DNA from: an uncultured Verrucomicrobia subdivision 3 bacterium
Lineage (GTDB): Bacteria; Verrucomicrobiota; Verrucomicrobiia; Limisphaerales; UBA11358
DNA length: 51,561 nt
Reading direction: 5' to 3'
Assembly: GCA_903822015.1 (NCBI GenBank)
Contig: CAIJNQ010000280.1
Coordinates: 1-51,561 of the forward strand
Each line of letters opens with the position of its first letter. The stretch's first letter is position 1. This document shows positions 33,321 to 42,159 of this stretch, piece after piece. The notes beneath the pieces are model-generated. The model was not told the DNA's origin and searched no databases. It saw only the letters and a program-made list of their open reading frames with translations. The translations under genes were made by a program, and so were the position numbers.

Positions 33321-35720
33321 ATGTCATCGCCGGAAACAGAATTTGTCAGTATCAGTGATGCCGCCGAAAAAGCGGACGCGCTGCCGCGCATTTCCACCCG
33401 CTCGCTGCCCGACATCGTCCCCATCCTCGGTCTTTCGGATATCGTCATCTTTCCCGGCGCCATTGTGCCCCTCCTCATCGAAACCGGGCCCAGCCTCAAG
33501 CTGATTGACGATATCGTTGCCGGCGACCGTATGTTCGGCGCCGTTTTGCAGCGCAAAGCCGAGGTCGCTGAGCCAGCGCCGGAGGATTTGTACGATGTCG
33601 GTTGCGTCTCCCGCCTGTCCAAGATGGTGAAGTTTCCCGACGGCACCGTGCGTGTGCTGGTCGAAGGCTTGTGGCGCATCCGCGTGAAAAAATTCGAGCC
33701 GGCCGCCCCCTACCTCCGCACGAGTTACGAATTGCTGCGCGATGAGACCGAGGATTCCGTGGAACTGCAGGCCATGCTCCGCAACGCCCACCGGCAGTTT
33801 GAGGAGATCGCCAAGCTCTCCACGGCTCTGACCGACCAGGTCAAGCTCGCCGCGCTGAACACCGAGCACCCCGGCCATTTTGCCGACCTCATCGCCGCCA
33901 ACCTGAATCTCTCGCTCGAGGACCGCCAGAAATTGCTCGAGACCATCTCCGTCCGCGAGCGGTTGCAAAAACTCCTGCCGCTCCTCAACCGCGAGCAGGA
34001 GGTGCTCACGCTCAGTTCCAAAATCCAGAGCGACGTCGCTTCGAACATCGCCAAGACCCAGCGCGATTTTTTCCTGCGCGAACAGATGCGCGCGATCCAG
34101 CGCGAACTCGGCGAAGGCGAGGCGGCCGGGTCAAACGAAACCAAATCCCTGCGCGAAAAAATCGCGGCGGCGGTTTTGCCGGCCGAGGTCCGCAAGGCCG
34201 CCGAGCAGGAGCTCGACCGCCTGGCGCAAATGCCGCCCTCCGCTGCCGAATACGCCGTCGGCCGCAATTATCTCGACTGGATTCTCGCGTTGCCGTGGGA
34301 TAAATCCACGGTTGATAAGCTGGATTTGAAGGCGGCCGAAAAAGTTCTCAACGACGAGCATTTCGGGCTCCCTAAAATCAAGGACCGGTTGCTGGAATTT
34401 CTCGCCGTCCTCAAGCGCCGCAAGGAGATCAAGGGCCCCATTCTATGTCTTGTCGGGCCGCCCGGCGTCGGCAAAACCTCGCTCGGCAAAAGCCTGGCCG
34501 ATGCCCTCGGCCGCAAATTCGCCCGCATTTCCTTGGGCGGTATGCGCGACGAGGCGGAGATTCGCGGCCACCGGCGCACCTATGTCGGCGCGATGCCCGG
34601 GCGCATCATCCAGACCTTGCGCCGCGTGGAGAGCAATAACCCGGTCATCCTCCTCGACGAATTGGATAAGGTGGGCGCCGATTTTCGCGGTGACCCCGCG
34701 TCCGCCCTGCTGGAGGTGCTCGACCCCGCCCAGAACAATGCGTTCACCGACCATTATTTGGATTTGCCGTTCGACTTGTCCCATGTGCTGTTTATCGCCA
34801 CCGCCAACTGGCTGGAGCCGGTTCACCCCGCGCTGCGCGACCGGCTGGAAGTCATCGAGCTGCCCAGTTACACCGAATCCGAAAAGCTTCAGATTGCCAA
34901 ACGGTATCTCGTGCCGCGTCAGCTCGAGGAACATGGCCTCAAACGCAGCGACGTCAAATTTTCCGACGGCGCCCTCCGCGCCATCATCCGCGATTACACC
35001 CGCGAAGCCGGCGTGCGCCAGCTCGAACGCGAAATCGCGGCGCTCGCCCGCAAAGCCACGCGCAAAATCGTCTCCCGCAACGGCGCGGCGGAAACCGTGA
35101 AGCTGGATGCGAAGGATCTTGAAAATTACCTCGGCCACGCGAAATTTGTTTTTGAGAGCGCCGAGAAAATTCCCGAGATCGGCATTGCCACCGGCCTCGC
35201 CTGGACGCCGGTCGGCGGCGACGTGTTGTTCATCGAGGCCACGCGGATGCGCGGCCGCGGCAGCTTGATTCTCACCGGGTCGCTCGGCGACGTCATGAAG
35301 GACAGCGCGCAGACGGCCGTGAGCTATCTCCGCAGCCAGGCCAAAAAGCTCGATCTCGATTTCGACGACTACGGCAAATTCGATTTGCATATCCATGTGC
35401 CCGCCGGGGCCACTCCCAAGGACGGACCGAGCGCGGGCGTGACGATTTGCGCCGCCTTGGCGTCGCTGATGTCTAAAAAACGGGTGCGTTCCGACGTGGC
35501 GATGACCGGCGAAATCAGCCTGCGTGGCCGCGTGATGCGCGTCGGTGGCATCAAGGAAAAGGTCATCGCTGCGGCGCGGTTCGGCGTCAAGCACGTGATC
35601 CTGCCGGAGGGTAACCGGGCCGACTGGTCAGACGTGCCGGCGGAGGTGCGCGCGAAATTAAAGGTGCATTTCGTCAAGCAGATTTCCGAGGTTCTTCACC
35701 TCGCGCTCGCGGAGAAATGA
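33321..35720 (+). CDS. lon: ATP-dependent protease Lon
   Basis: 799 aa with an LON N-domain, Walker A GPPGVGKTS, and catalytic PKDGPSAG ... Lys region. Confidence 0.97.
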   Translation: MSSPETEFVSISDAAEKADALPRISTRSLPDIVPILGLSDIVIFPGAIVPLLIETGPSLKLIDDIVAGDRMFGAVLQRKAEVAEPAPEDLYDVGCVSRLSKMVKFPDGTVRVLVEGLWRIRVKKFEPAAPYLRTSYELLRDETEDSVELQAMLRNAHRQFEEIAKLSTALTDQVKLAALNTEHPGHFADLIAANLNLSLEDRQKLLETISVRERLQKLLPLLNREQEVLTLSSKIQSDVASNIAKTQRDFFLREQMRAIQRELGEGEAAGSNETKSLREKIAAAVLPAEVRKAAEQELDRLAQMPPSAAEYAVGRNYLDWILALPWDKSTVDKLDLKAAEKVLNDEHFGLPKIKDRLLEFLAVLKRRKEIKGPILCLVGPPGVGKTSLGKSLADALGRKFARISLGGMRDEAEIRGHRRTYVGAMPGRIIQTLRRVESNNPVILLDELDKVGADFRGDPASALLEVLDPAQNNAFTDHYLDLPFDLSHVLFIATANWLEPVHPALRDRLEVIELPSYTESEKLQIAKRYLVPRQLEEHGLKRSDVKFSDGALRAIIRDYTREAGVRQLEREIAALARKATRKIVSRNGAAETVKLDAKDLENYLGHAKFVFESAEKIPEIGIATGLAWTPVGGDVLFIEATRMRGRGSLILTGSLGDVMKDSAQTAVSYLRSQAKKLDLDFDDYGKFDLHIHVPAGATPKDGPSAGVTICAALASLMSKKRVRSDVAMTGEISLRGRVMRVGGIKEKVIAAARFGVKHVILPEGNRADWSDVPAEVRAKLKVHFVKQISEVLHLALAEK

Positions 35721-36589
35721 ATTTTCCGGCTTCAATTTGGAGTGTGGCAACACGTTGCCGCTTTCCAGCGAGGCGACCTGTCGCGTCGTCCCCAGGCGCG
35801 GACTTGTCAGCGCACTCCAAAGCGGCGCGTTTTGCTCTGGCCGCAATGGTTTTGTTTTTCGCGTTTGTCGCGGCGGCGGAAACAACGAACTCTTTATCTG
35901 ACGCGGAAATTCAAGGGCACCAATTGGCGCGGCAACTTTGCGATGCCCGCCCGGCCGGAAATTTGACGAACACGGGTGTTCTGCAGATTCGAGATGGAAA
36001 CGGGAAGCATTTTGAATTTCCAATCAAGTGTGAAGTCGTTGTCGCCTCTGCAAATTGGATGAGTTTTTACAAAGCCATAAATACCAACATCGGTGCGGGA
36101 GACGTGTTAAAGGTCACGCACCAAGAATCAACCTCGAATCAATATGCCGCTGGTGGTGGCTATATGTCAGGTGGGCTTGTCTTTTCTATTCTTGACCATG
36201 GTAATGTTCATGCTGAAAACAGACTGATGATTCCCTTCGCCAATTCCGATTTCTGGCTGTGCGACCTCGGCCTCGAATTTTTCCATTGGCCCGTCCAGAA
36301 AATTTTGCCGAAGCCGACGAACCTGGTTCGTGGGCGCGACTATACGCTGCTGGAAAGCACCAATCCGAATCCGTCCACCAATGCCTATTCGCGCGTGCTG
36401 TCGTGGATTGACAGGGAATCCGGCGGCATCCTTCAGGCTGAGGCCTACGATTTTAGCGGCAAGCTGCTCAAGGAATTCGCCCCCAAATCCTTCAAGAAAG
36501 TCAACGGCCAGTGGGAACTGCAGGAGATGAAGATCCGCAACGTCCAGACTGGCTCGAGCACCTTGCTGGAATTCGATCTGAACAAGTAG
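35717..36589 (+). CDS. Putative outer-membrane lipoprotein-sorting (LolA-like) protein
   Basis: 290 aa with a hydrophobic signal-like segment (FALAAMVLFFAFVAAA). The C-terminus (RVLSWIDRESGGILQAEAYDFSGKLLKEFAPKSFKKVNGQWELQEMKIRN) resembles the LolA-like family. ATGA overlap with the lon stop. True start uncertain. Confidence 0.55.
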   Translation: MNFPASIWSVATRCRFPARRPVASSPGADLSAHSKAARFALAAMVLFFAFVAAAETTNSLSDAEIQGHQLARQLCDARPAGNLTNTGVLQIRDGNGKHFEFPIKCEVVVASANWMSFYKAINTNIGAGDVLKVTHQESTSNQYAAGGGYMSGGLVFSILDHGNVHAENRLMIPFANSDFWLCDLGLEFFHWPVQKILPKPTNLVRGRDYTLLESTNPNPSTNAYSRVLSWIDRESGGILQAEAYDFSGKLLKEFAPKSFKKVNGQWELQEMKIRNVQTGSSTLLEFDLNK

Positions 36590-36665
36590 TGAATGGCTTG
36601 GGAATAAGTTGGTCGGTCGGGCGCTTGACTTCGTCCCTCGCGGGTTTCACGCTTTTCCCGTTTTT

Positions 36666-37667
36666 ATGAATATCTTTTCTCGTCGGTTTTTGTCATGGGT
36701 CTGCGCCGGCCTGCTAGCGGGTCCGGTCTTGTTTGCCGCCGATACCAATTCAGTTTCCGCGACGATGGTCTCGGAAACCATCACGCAAAACATGGTGAAC
36801 GGTTATCTGCAGATCCAGGCGCAGCTGCACGACGCCCAATTGGCCATCGAAAAAAACCGCGAGGAGGCCGCCGCCGCCGCGAAACGCAACGAGGACGCGC
36901 TCGCCGCCCGCATTCAGGCGCTGGAAAACAATCTCGCCGCCCAGCACGCCAGCGATGTGGAGCTGGCGCAGAAAAACCAGCAGGTCACGCTCCTGCTCGC
37001 CGGCGCCTTCGGCTTGATCGTGGTGGCCGCGGTGCTGTTCATGGCTTACCTCCAATGGCGCGCGGTGGCGCGCCTCGTCGAATTGTCGGCTCGGCGCTCG
37101 CCGGAATTTGCCTTCGGCAATCCCGGGGTAGCGCCGCTGGTGTCCAATGGCGTCGTCGCGCAGTCCAATGCGCGCTTGTCCGGTGCCGTCGAAACCCTGC
37201 GGCAACGGATCCTCGAGCTCGAGCAGAGTGTGCGCCCGCCGCTGACGGAAAAAAATCCGGCGGCCGCCAATGGTTCGCATAAGAACGGCGGTTCCCGGAA
37301 CGGCCACCCTGTGGCGGGCGACCGCGACGAATGCATCGCCAGTCTGCTCGCCGAGGGCCAGACGCTGCTCGATGCCCAGGAGCCAGCCCGGTCGTTGGAA
37401 TGTTTTGAAGTCGCCTTGGGTCTGGAGCCCCGCCATGCCGAGGCGCTGGTCAAAAAAGGCGGCGCGCTCGAAAAACTGGGCCGCACCGACGAGGCCATCG
37501 CCTGTTACGATCAGGCCATCGCGGCCGATGGCGCGCTCACCATTGCGCACCTGCACAAGGGTGGTTTGTTCAACCGGCTGGCGCGTTATGATGAGGCCCT
37601 GCAATGTTATGAGCAGGCGTTGCGGACCCAGGAAACAAAAATGCCCGGTGAGAAAATCGCGGCCTAG
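36666..37667 (+). CDS. TPR-repeat protein with signal peptide, coiled coil and TM segment
   Basis: MNIFSRRFLSWVCAGLLAGPVLFA signal, TM VTLLLAGAFGLIVVAAVLFMAYL, and C-terminal TPRs (ALGLEPRHAEALVKKGGALEKLGRTDEAIACYDQAIA). Confidence 0.7.
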   Translation: MNIFSRRFLSWVCAGLLAGPVLFAADTNSVSATMVSETITQNMVNGYLQIQAQLHDAQLAIEKNREEAAAAAKRNEDALAARIQALENNLAAQHASDVELAQKNQQVTLLLAGAFGLIVVAAVLFMAYLQWRAVARLVELSARRSPEFAFGNPGVAPLVSNGVVAQSNARLSGAVETLRQRILELEQSVRPPLTEKNPAAANGSHKNGGSRNGHPVAGDRDECIASLLAEGQTLLDAQEPARSLECFEVALGLEPRHAEALVKKGGALEKLGRTDEAIACYDQAIAADGALTIAHLHKGGLFNRLARYDEALQCYEQALRTQETKMPGEKIAA

Positions 37668-37952
37668 AGCGACAATTCAAATAAAAGTGTGGCCCTGTCG
37701 GTTACCTCATGGACTGCGGTGGCAAGGCGGGAGCCGCGACACCGCTTTCGAGCGGGCGAAGAGGTTCGAAGGGAAATAACCCCCTCAAGCGGTCTAAAGC
37801 GCATGGTGCCTCACTTCCGGCCGCAGTATCGGACTGCGTTGCATCAACCTCCCTCCGGATTTTTTAGCGGCTGCGGTATTTCTTAAACCGCTCTATTTGG
37901 CCGGCCCGGCCCGTAAATTCCGCGAGCCGATAATTTTATTTGATTGCCCCTA

Positions 37953-38012
37953 AGGTAGGGACATTGCGCTGCGATGTCCCCGCCAGTCAGCGAAGCGAGG
38001 GCGGAACGAATG
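37953..38012 (+). repeat. REP-like double-hairpin element, copy 1
   Basis: AGGTAGGG ACAT TGCGCTGCG ATGTCCC CGCC AGTCAGCGAAGCGAG GGCGG AACGAAT. It shares the AGGTAGGG head, both hairpins and the GGCGGAACGAAT tail with copy 3. Confidence 0.7.
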
Positions 38013-38175
38013 TCATGATTTTCCCTGGTGGGGCGAGTGTCTCCACGAGCCGGCATGTTTCATCCTTCCTTTTCCCTCTAGTGACCCCTGGAGCATCGAG
38101 GACTGAAGATTGATTTATGGAAGCGAAGGTTTTCAGGTAGATGACATCGCACTGCTGGGCCGTCCGTGTTGATCT

Positions 38176-38200
38176 GGTAGCAGCCGACGTGAGGGGGCTC
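38176..38200 (+). repeat. Dispersed 24-25 nt motif GGTAGCAGCCGACGTRAGGRGGCTC, copy A
   Basis: Near-identical to 44945-44968 and lies in non-coding DNA. Confidence 0.6.
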
Positions 38201-38292
38201 AAATTTACCTCCGCCGCGCCTCCGCGTCTCTGCGTTAAAAAATCCGTTTTCATTCCCCTTGCTCGTTTTTTCGATTGGGAATAGGTTTCGGT

Positions 38293-38607
38293 ATGGACCT
38301 CATTGAACTGGGATTCCTGCTTTATTGGCCGGTGCTGGTGGGTAATGGCCTGGCCATAATCATCTGCCTGATTGCCGGCCCGCGCCCATGGTCCCGTCGG
38401 CTGAGCGCATTCTTCTTTTGGCTGACGGCTGGCTTCCTGACGCTGGTGCTGCTTGAATTGATTGAATTTGTCGTGGAAACTGGGTTGCGGGACGAGGGCG
38501 GTATGGGTTTTGGTATCATCATCACCGGTTGTTTTCCAGTGCTCATGGAATTCATCTTGTTGCTGGCCATTCGCCGTCCCCGGCTCTTCTGGCATTCGCC
38601 AAAATAA
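38293..38607 (+). CDS. Small hypothetical integral membrane protein
   Basis: About 104 aa with 3-4 strongly hydrophobic segments (LIELGFLLYWPVLVGNGLAIIICLIAG, FFFWLTAGFLTLVLLELIEFVV, GFGIIITGCFPVLMEFILLLAI). More protein-like than the antisense 216-aa ORF, which runs through repeats. Confidence 0.45.
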   Translation: MDLIELGFLLYWPVLVGNGLAIIICLIAGPRPWSRRLSAFFFWLTAGFLTLVLLELIEFVVETGLRDEGGMGFGIIITGCFPVLMEFILLLAIRRPRLFWHSPK

Positions 38608-38622
38608 TCCCTTTTTATGGTC

Positions 38623-38673
38623 GGGACGGACCGCCACTGCGATGTCCCCGCCCGCGCAAGGGCGGGGGAACGA
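38623..38673 (+). repeat. REP-like double-hairpin element, copy 2 (between convergent gene ends)
   Basis: GGGAC...GTCCCC followed by a perfect hairpin CCCCGCCC-GCGCAA-GGGCGGGG, then AACGA. It abuts the stop codon of 38675-39478. Confidence 0.65.
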
Positions 38674-38674
38674 C

Positions 38675-39478
38675 TCAGTTGAAATTCACGCGGCTGTTGG
38701 CGCGTTCGGTTTCCAGCTGGCGGCGGGTCATTTCAATCTTCAGTTTCAACAGCTCGCGGTTTTCCTCGTTGCGCTCCGCGAGGTCTCTCTCCAGTTCGTG
38801 GATCCGGGTTTCGTAGGAATGCAGCCGCTCCTGGATGGGTGCTTTCAACTCGTCGAGGCGATGCACCAGTTCGGAAATTTCCATGGCGGCGCCTTGTTGG
38901 GCTTTCAGCAGTTCGCTGCGCTGCGCCGCCAGTCCTTGCACCACGGCTTCCTTCAACGATTCCGCGAGCTGCGGCGCGAGACTGGCCTTGAGCGCGGCCT
39001 GCGCCTGCTCGGCCCGCGCCTCCGCTTCCAGCGCCCGCCGCCGCCATTCCGCATCCGGTACGGCGTTGGCGTTGACCGGACTCACCGCGGGTGGGTTGGA
39101 CGGAATAATTACGCTGGGCAAGTCGTATACGCTTGGCACTTTGACCGCGTTCGCGTCGCTGGCGGCGGCGGGCATATTCATGGAATAATTTCCCGACGGC
39201 ATCCCGGATACGTCATAAACGCTCGGAATTTTCGGAGCCGCCGGCGCGATGGGTCCCGGCGCCGGTGCCGGCGATTGTGGCCCGGGTGCGGCGGGCGTGA
39301 TGCCCATCGCCTTTTGCGCCAGAAACAGGTTGGCGGCGGGCGTGCCATCCGCTTTGCAGACCGGACACTTCACCGTCACCGGCATCTGGTTGTTCACCGG
39401 CAGCACGTCGAAGGCGTATTTCTGATTGCACTGTTGGCAGATCAGCTTGACATAAACCATCGGGTTCAGGTTCGCCAT
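38675..39478 (-). CDS. Hypothetical zinc-ribbon / proline-rich / coiled-coil protein
   Basis: 267 aa. N-terminal CQQC...CPVC ribbon, a Pro/Ala-rich linker and a long heptad-like C-terminus (ELVHRLDELKAPIQERLHSYETRIHELERDLAERNEENRELLKL). Confidence 0.6.
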   Translation of the reverse strand: MANLNPMVYVKLICQQCNQKYAFDVLPVNNQMPVTVKCPVCKADGTPAANLFLAQKAMGITPAAPGPQSPAPAPGPIAPAAPKIPSVYDVSGMPSGNYSMNMPAAASDANAVKVPSVYDLPSVIIPSNPPAVSPVNANAVPDAEWRRRALEAEARAEQAQAALKASLAPQLAESLKEAVVQGLAAQRSELLKAQQGAAMEISELVHRLDELKAPIQERLHSYETRIHELERDLAERNEENRELLKLKIEMTRRQLETERANSRVNFN

Positions 39479-39933
39479 AGGAATGAATCTTGTTCGTCCA
39501 GCATCTGGTCGTCCGCCCAGAGCGTCACCCGCCAGGCGACCACCTCGCCGAATTTTTTATAGTCGTCGCCGGCCAGCGGAAACGACGTCCAGTGCCGGAA
39601 AAAATGGGGCGTGACCGCCTGTTCGAGCGTGGTCTGGCGCGGCCGATTGTCCGGGCCGATCCCGCGCAGCTCCAGCCGCAATTTCAGTTGCGCGTCCCCG
39701 GCCTTCGGCGCGCGCCACAAAACATCAAAGCGGATGGCGGAAACTTCGTTGGTGTGGGCGCGCAGATAGACCTGGTAGGCGTCGCGGTCGAACAGGCTCG
39801 GCGACTGCGCGTCGTGGCCTTTCAAGTCGAGGAACAGCGGCAGCATTTTGATGACGGAACCGGTCGCCGCATCGGCCGCCGCCGCCGCGGACAGCGAACC
39901 GAGCAGGAGCAAAATCATCAGGAACCGGCGCAT
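39466..39933 (-). CDS. Hypothetical secreted protein
   Basis: 155 aa with signal peptide MRRFLMILLLLGSLSAAAAADA. Its 3' end overlaps the start of the downstream gene by 13 nt. Confidence 0.6.
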   Translation of the reverse strand: MRRFLMILLLLGSLSAAAAADAATGSVIKMLPLFLDLKGHDAQSPSLFDRDAYQVYLRAHTNEVSAIRFDVLWRAPKAGDAQLKLRLELRGIGPDNRPRQTTLEQAVTPHFFRHWTSFPLAGDDYKKFGEVVAWRVTLWADDQMLDEQDSFLWRT

Positions 39934-40011
39934 GGCGAAACAATAACTTTCACCGTGGCGAATTCAACCTTGTTTTGATTATTTCCGGGATGATGCCTTT
40001 GCCGGAAGTTC

Positions 40012-40070
40012 AGGTAGGGGTCGTCGCGCTGCGACGCCCCCGCCCGTCAGCGTAGCGAGGGCGGAACGAA
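40012..40070 (+). repeat. REP-like double-hairpin element, copy 3
   Basis: AGGTAGGGG TCGTCGC GC TGCGACG CCCC CGCC CGTCAGCGTAGCGAG GGCGG AACGAAT, in the same orientation as copies 1 and 2. Confidence 0.7.
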
Positions 40071-40213
40071 TTTGGTAAGGATCGCCGAGCTGCGCCGCGA
40101 GCATCCTCGCGAGCTGATTGGATGTTGGGCGTTAAATGTTGAGTGTTGAATGTTTACTCATTCCACCCTCACGCTCTGGCCCGGCTAGGGGACAGCGCGC
40201 TGGCCCTTGCCGA

Positions 40214-41275
40214 TTATTTCCAATAAAAACCGACCACCTGTATGTCCGGGCCGCCGCGGTAAAGGATCGCCGTGAATTCCCGCCGCGCGTCGCCGATCTG
40301 GGCGGTGACACTGACGCGCCACGTCGAACTGCCGACTGTGACCAGGTTGGCGGCTTGGGCGGCAGCCGGGCCGGCGAATTTCAGCGCGTCGGCTGGATTG
40401 CGGAACGGGGTGTCGTCCTCCGTCCCGTCCATGCCGTCCGGCCCGGCCCGTTGTTGGATGATGGCGGCGGCGGTGTTTGTATCCACGCCGGGTATCAGCT
40501 GCAGCACGTTCACATCCGCCGTGTTCACGTTGATTTTCCCGGACGATACCGCGGTGAATACATCCCTCAAACCAAACGGATAATCCGGCGTTTGCCCGGG
40601 CGCCACGGCAAAGCCCAGCTTGGGTTTTTGGGCCGCCGGATGGTCGGCCAGGCTGCTGCCCCAATAGATTTCCGGCGTCACCCCTTTGACAAACAGTAGT
40701 TCGGAGATGTCGTCGAACGGCGCGTTCTTGGCGTTGTACGGCGGCGTCAGACTCTGGTAATAATCGCTCTCCGCCCCGGCGACGCGCGGCGCGGCGGGCG
40801 GGCTGCGCCAGTCCTGGATCGAATCGGCTATCACCGAGATGTCGTTCGCGTCCACGCCCATCACCGTTAGTGCTTGCTGAAGCAAAGCCGGCGGCGCTGT
40901 GTTGACGTTCGCGAAGCGTTCCAGGTCCACAATCTTGAGCGAAACCGTGCCGTCGCCGACCTTGAAATGGTCCAATGAAATTCCCGCCAGCGGACCGTTC
41001 GTCTCGCTCGGTCCGCCCGGTCCGCCCGCCCAGATCTGGTTCAGCGAATCATATGGCTCGGCCGGCGGATGCTGCGACAGGATCCACCGCGCATATTCCA
41101 CGCCGGACCGGCCCAGCCACAGCATTTGTTGTTCGTTCTCGGCGTTGCGCGCGAGCTTCGTCTCCACCTTCATCGAAAACGCCAGCGCCGCCGCCAGCGC
41201 CGAAAATACCGCGATCGCAATCATCACCACGATGAGCGCCATGCCGGAGGATTTTTTGCTGAGCGTAATGTTCAC
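40214..41275 (-). CDS. gspK: Type II secretion system minor pseudopilin GspK
   Basis: GMALIVVMIAIAVFSALAAA N-terminal helix and a GspK core (DSLNQIW...SLKIVDLERFANVNTA...DSIQDWRS...ESDYY...PFDDISELLFVKGVTPEIY...INVNTA). GTG start at 41275 overlaps the upstream TGA (GTGA). The longer track ORF is a 5' run-on. Confidence 0.85.
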   Translation of the reverse strand: MNITLSKKSSGMALIVVMIAIAVFSALAAALAFSMKVETKLARNAENEQQMLWLGRSGVEYARWILSQHPPAEPYDSLNQIWAGGPGGPSETNGPLAGISLDHFKVGDGTVSLKIVDLERFANVNTAPPALLQQALTVMGVDANDISVIADSIQDWRSPPAAPRVAGAESDYYQSLTPPYNAKNAPFDDISELLFVKGVTPEIYWGSSLADHPAAQKPKLGFAVAPGQTPDYPFGLRDVFTAVSSGKINVNTADVNVLQLIPGVDTNTAAAIIQQRAGPDGMDGTEDDTPFRNPADALKFAGPAAAQAANLVTVGSSTWRVSVTAQIGDARREFTAILYRGGPDIQVVGFYWK

Positions 41276-42159
41276 GGGCCGGGACGTTGTGGAAAACCGC
41301 GGTTGGAATTGTTCGGTGAGAACCGGTTGAACGGGGAATTGGGCGTGTTCTGGTTGTTGCCGTTGGGAATTCCGCCCGGTTGCAGTTTGCGATTGCCGCC
41401 GGGCCCGCCGAAATTGATGCCGCCGCCCGGTCCCCCTAAAGGTGTGCCGGTTTGGGCCGCCGTGGGCAGGGTCGCCGACGGCACGGCGATTTCCCGCACC
41501 ACGGCCACCGTCGGGGCATTGTTTCCCGAACTCATCCGGTTGCCGCCGAACGTCAGCGAGACGCGCACCAGCGTTGGCAGGGAATTGGTGTAGTCCCACT
41601 CCGTCGCCCAGTCCATCGCGTTGGTGTCCCAACATTCAATCACGAAATCTTTCACGTTCCGCGCCAGTACCAGTGGCGTGGCCTGTTCGGCCGGGTCCGC
41701 ATCCATCAGGATTTCATTCTGCCTCAGCACCAGGTCGCTTTCCGCGTTCGGCCCGGTTTCCAGCGAGAAGTTGAGCCGGCGCAGATTCGAGTCGAATTTG
41801 CCATTCCGGGGGAAAACCTCGGGCACCCGCGCCACAAAGCTCAACGCCGGCTGCTCGCCGTTGGTGACGTTGAAGGTGTAATACTGCATGGAGGCCTGGA
41901 ACGATTGGATGCACGTCAGCGAGTCTTCGATGGTGCGGACGGCGATGCGTTCCCGCTGGGCCTGCGCGGCCGCTTCCTGCCCCACCTGCGCCGATTTCAG
42001 GATCACCACCCACGTCGAATAAACCGCCGCGACCAGCAGCGAGAAAATCGCGATCGCCATCATGATCTCGATCAGGGTGAACGCGCCGGCCCGTGCCGGA
42101 TGCCGGCTTCGGCCGTGTTCGGAAATTCGCAATCTGCCATGTCGAATTCGGAATTTCAT
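41272..42159 (-). CDS. GspJ-like minor pseudopilin (prepilin-type N-terminal domain)
   Basis: MKFRIRHG...AGAFTLIEIMMAIAIFSLLVAAVYS prepilin methylation motif. The C-terminal tail is Gly/Pro/Asn-rich and low in complexity. ATG at 42159 overlaps the upstream TGA (ATGA). Confidence 0.7.
   Translation of the reverse strand: MKFRIRHGRLRISEHGRSRHPARAGAFTLIEIMMAIAIFSLLVAAVYSTWVVILKSAQVGQEAAAQAQRERIAVRTIEDSLTCIQSFQASMQYYTFNVTNGEQPALSFVARVPEVFPRNGKFDSNLRRLNFSLETGPNAESDLVLRQNEILMDADPAEQATPLVLARNVKDFVIECWDTNAMDWATEWDYTNSLPTLVRVSLTFGGNRMSSGNNAPTVAVVREIAVPSATLPTAAQTGTPLGGPGGGINFGGPGGNRKLQPGGIPNGNNQNTPNSPFNRFSPNNSNRGFPQRPGP

Noticed and set aside
34443-35594. 383-aa ORF antisense to lon. The same applies to antisense ORFs 16870-17913 (copA), 30708-31496 (purF), 38462-39562, 6526-7509, 7573-8589, 9797-10723 and 11644-12591.
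   Set aside because: All are shadow frames of confidently identified genes in GC-rich DNA.
37690-37900. Possible riboswitch or structured ncRNA (GC-rich segment ggtggcaaggcgggagccgcgacaccgc...)
   Set aside because: I could not match it to conserved cores I know (cobalamin B12 box, c-di-GMP-I, glycine, SAM, SRP RNA, RNase P). No downstream gene suggests a ligand. It needs an Infernal/Rfam scan before any claim.
37987-38637. 216-aa minus-strand ORF
   Set aside because: It reads straight through two REP-like elements and the dispersed 24-nt motif, and its composition is polar and low in complexity. The plus-strand small membrane protein is the more plausible coding signal for part of this span.
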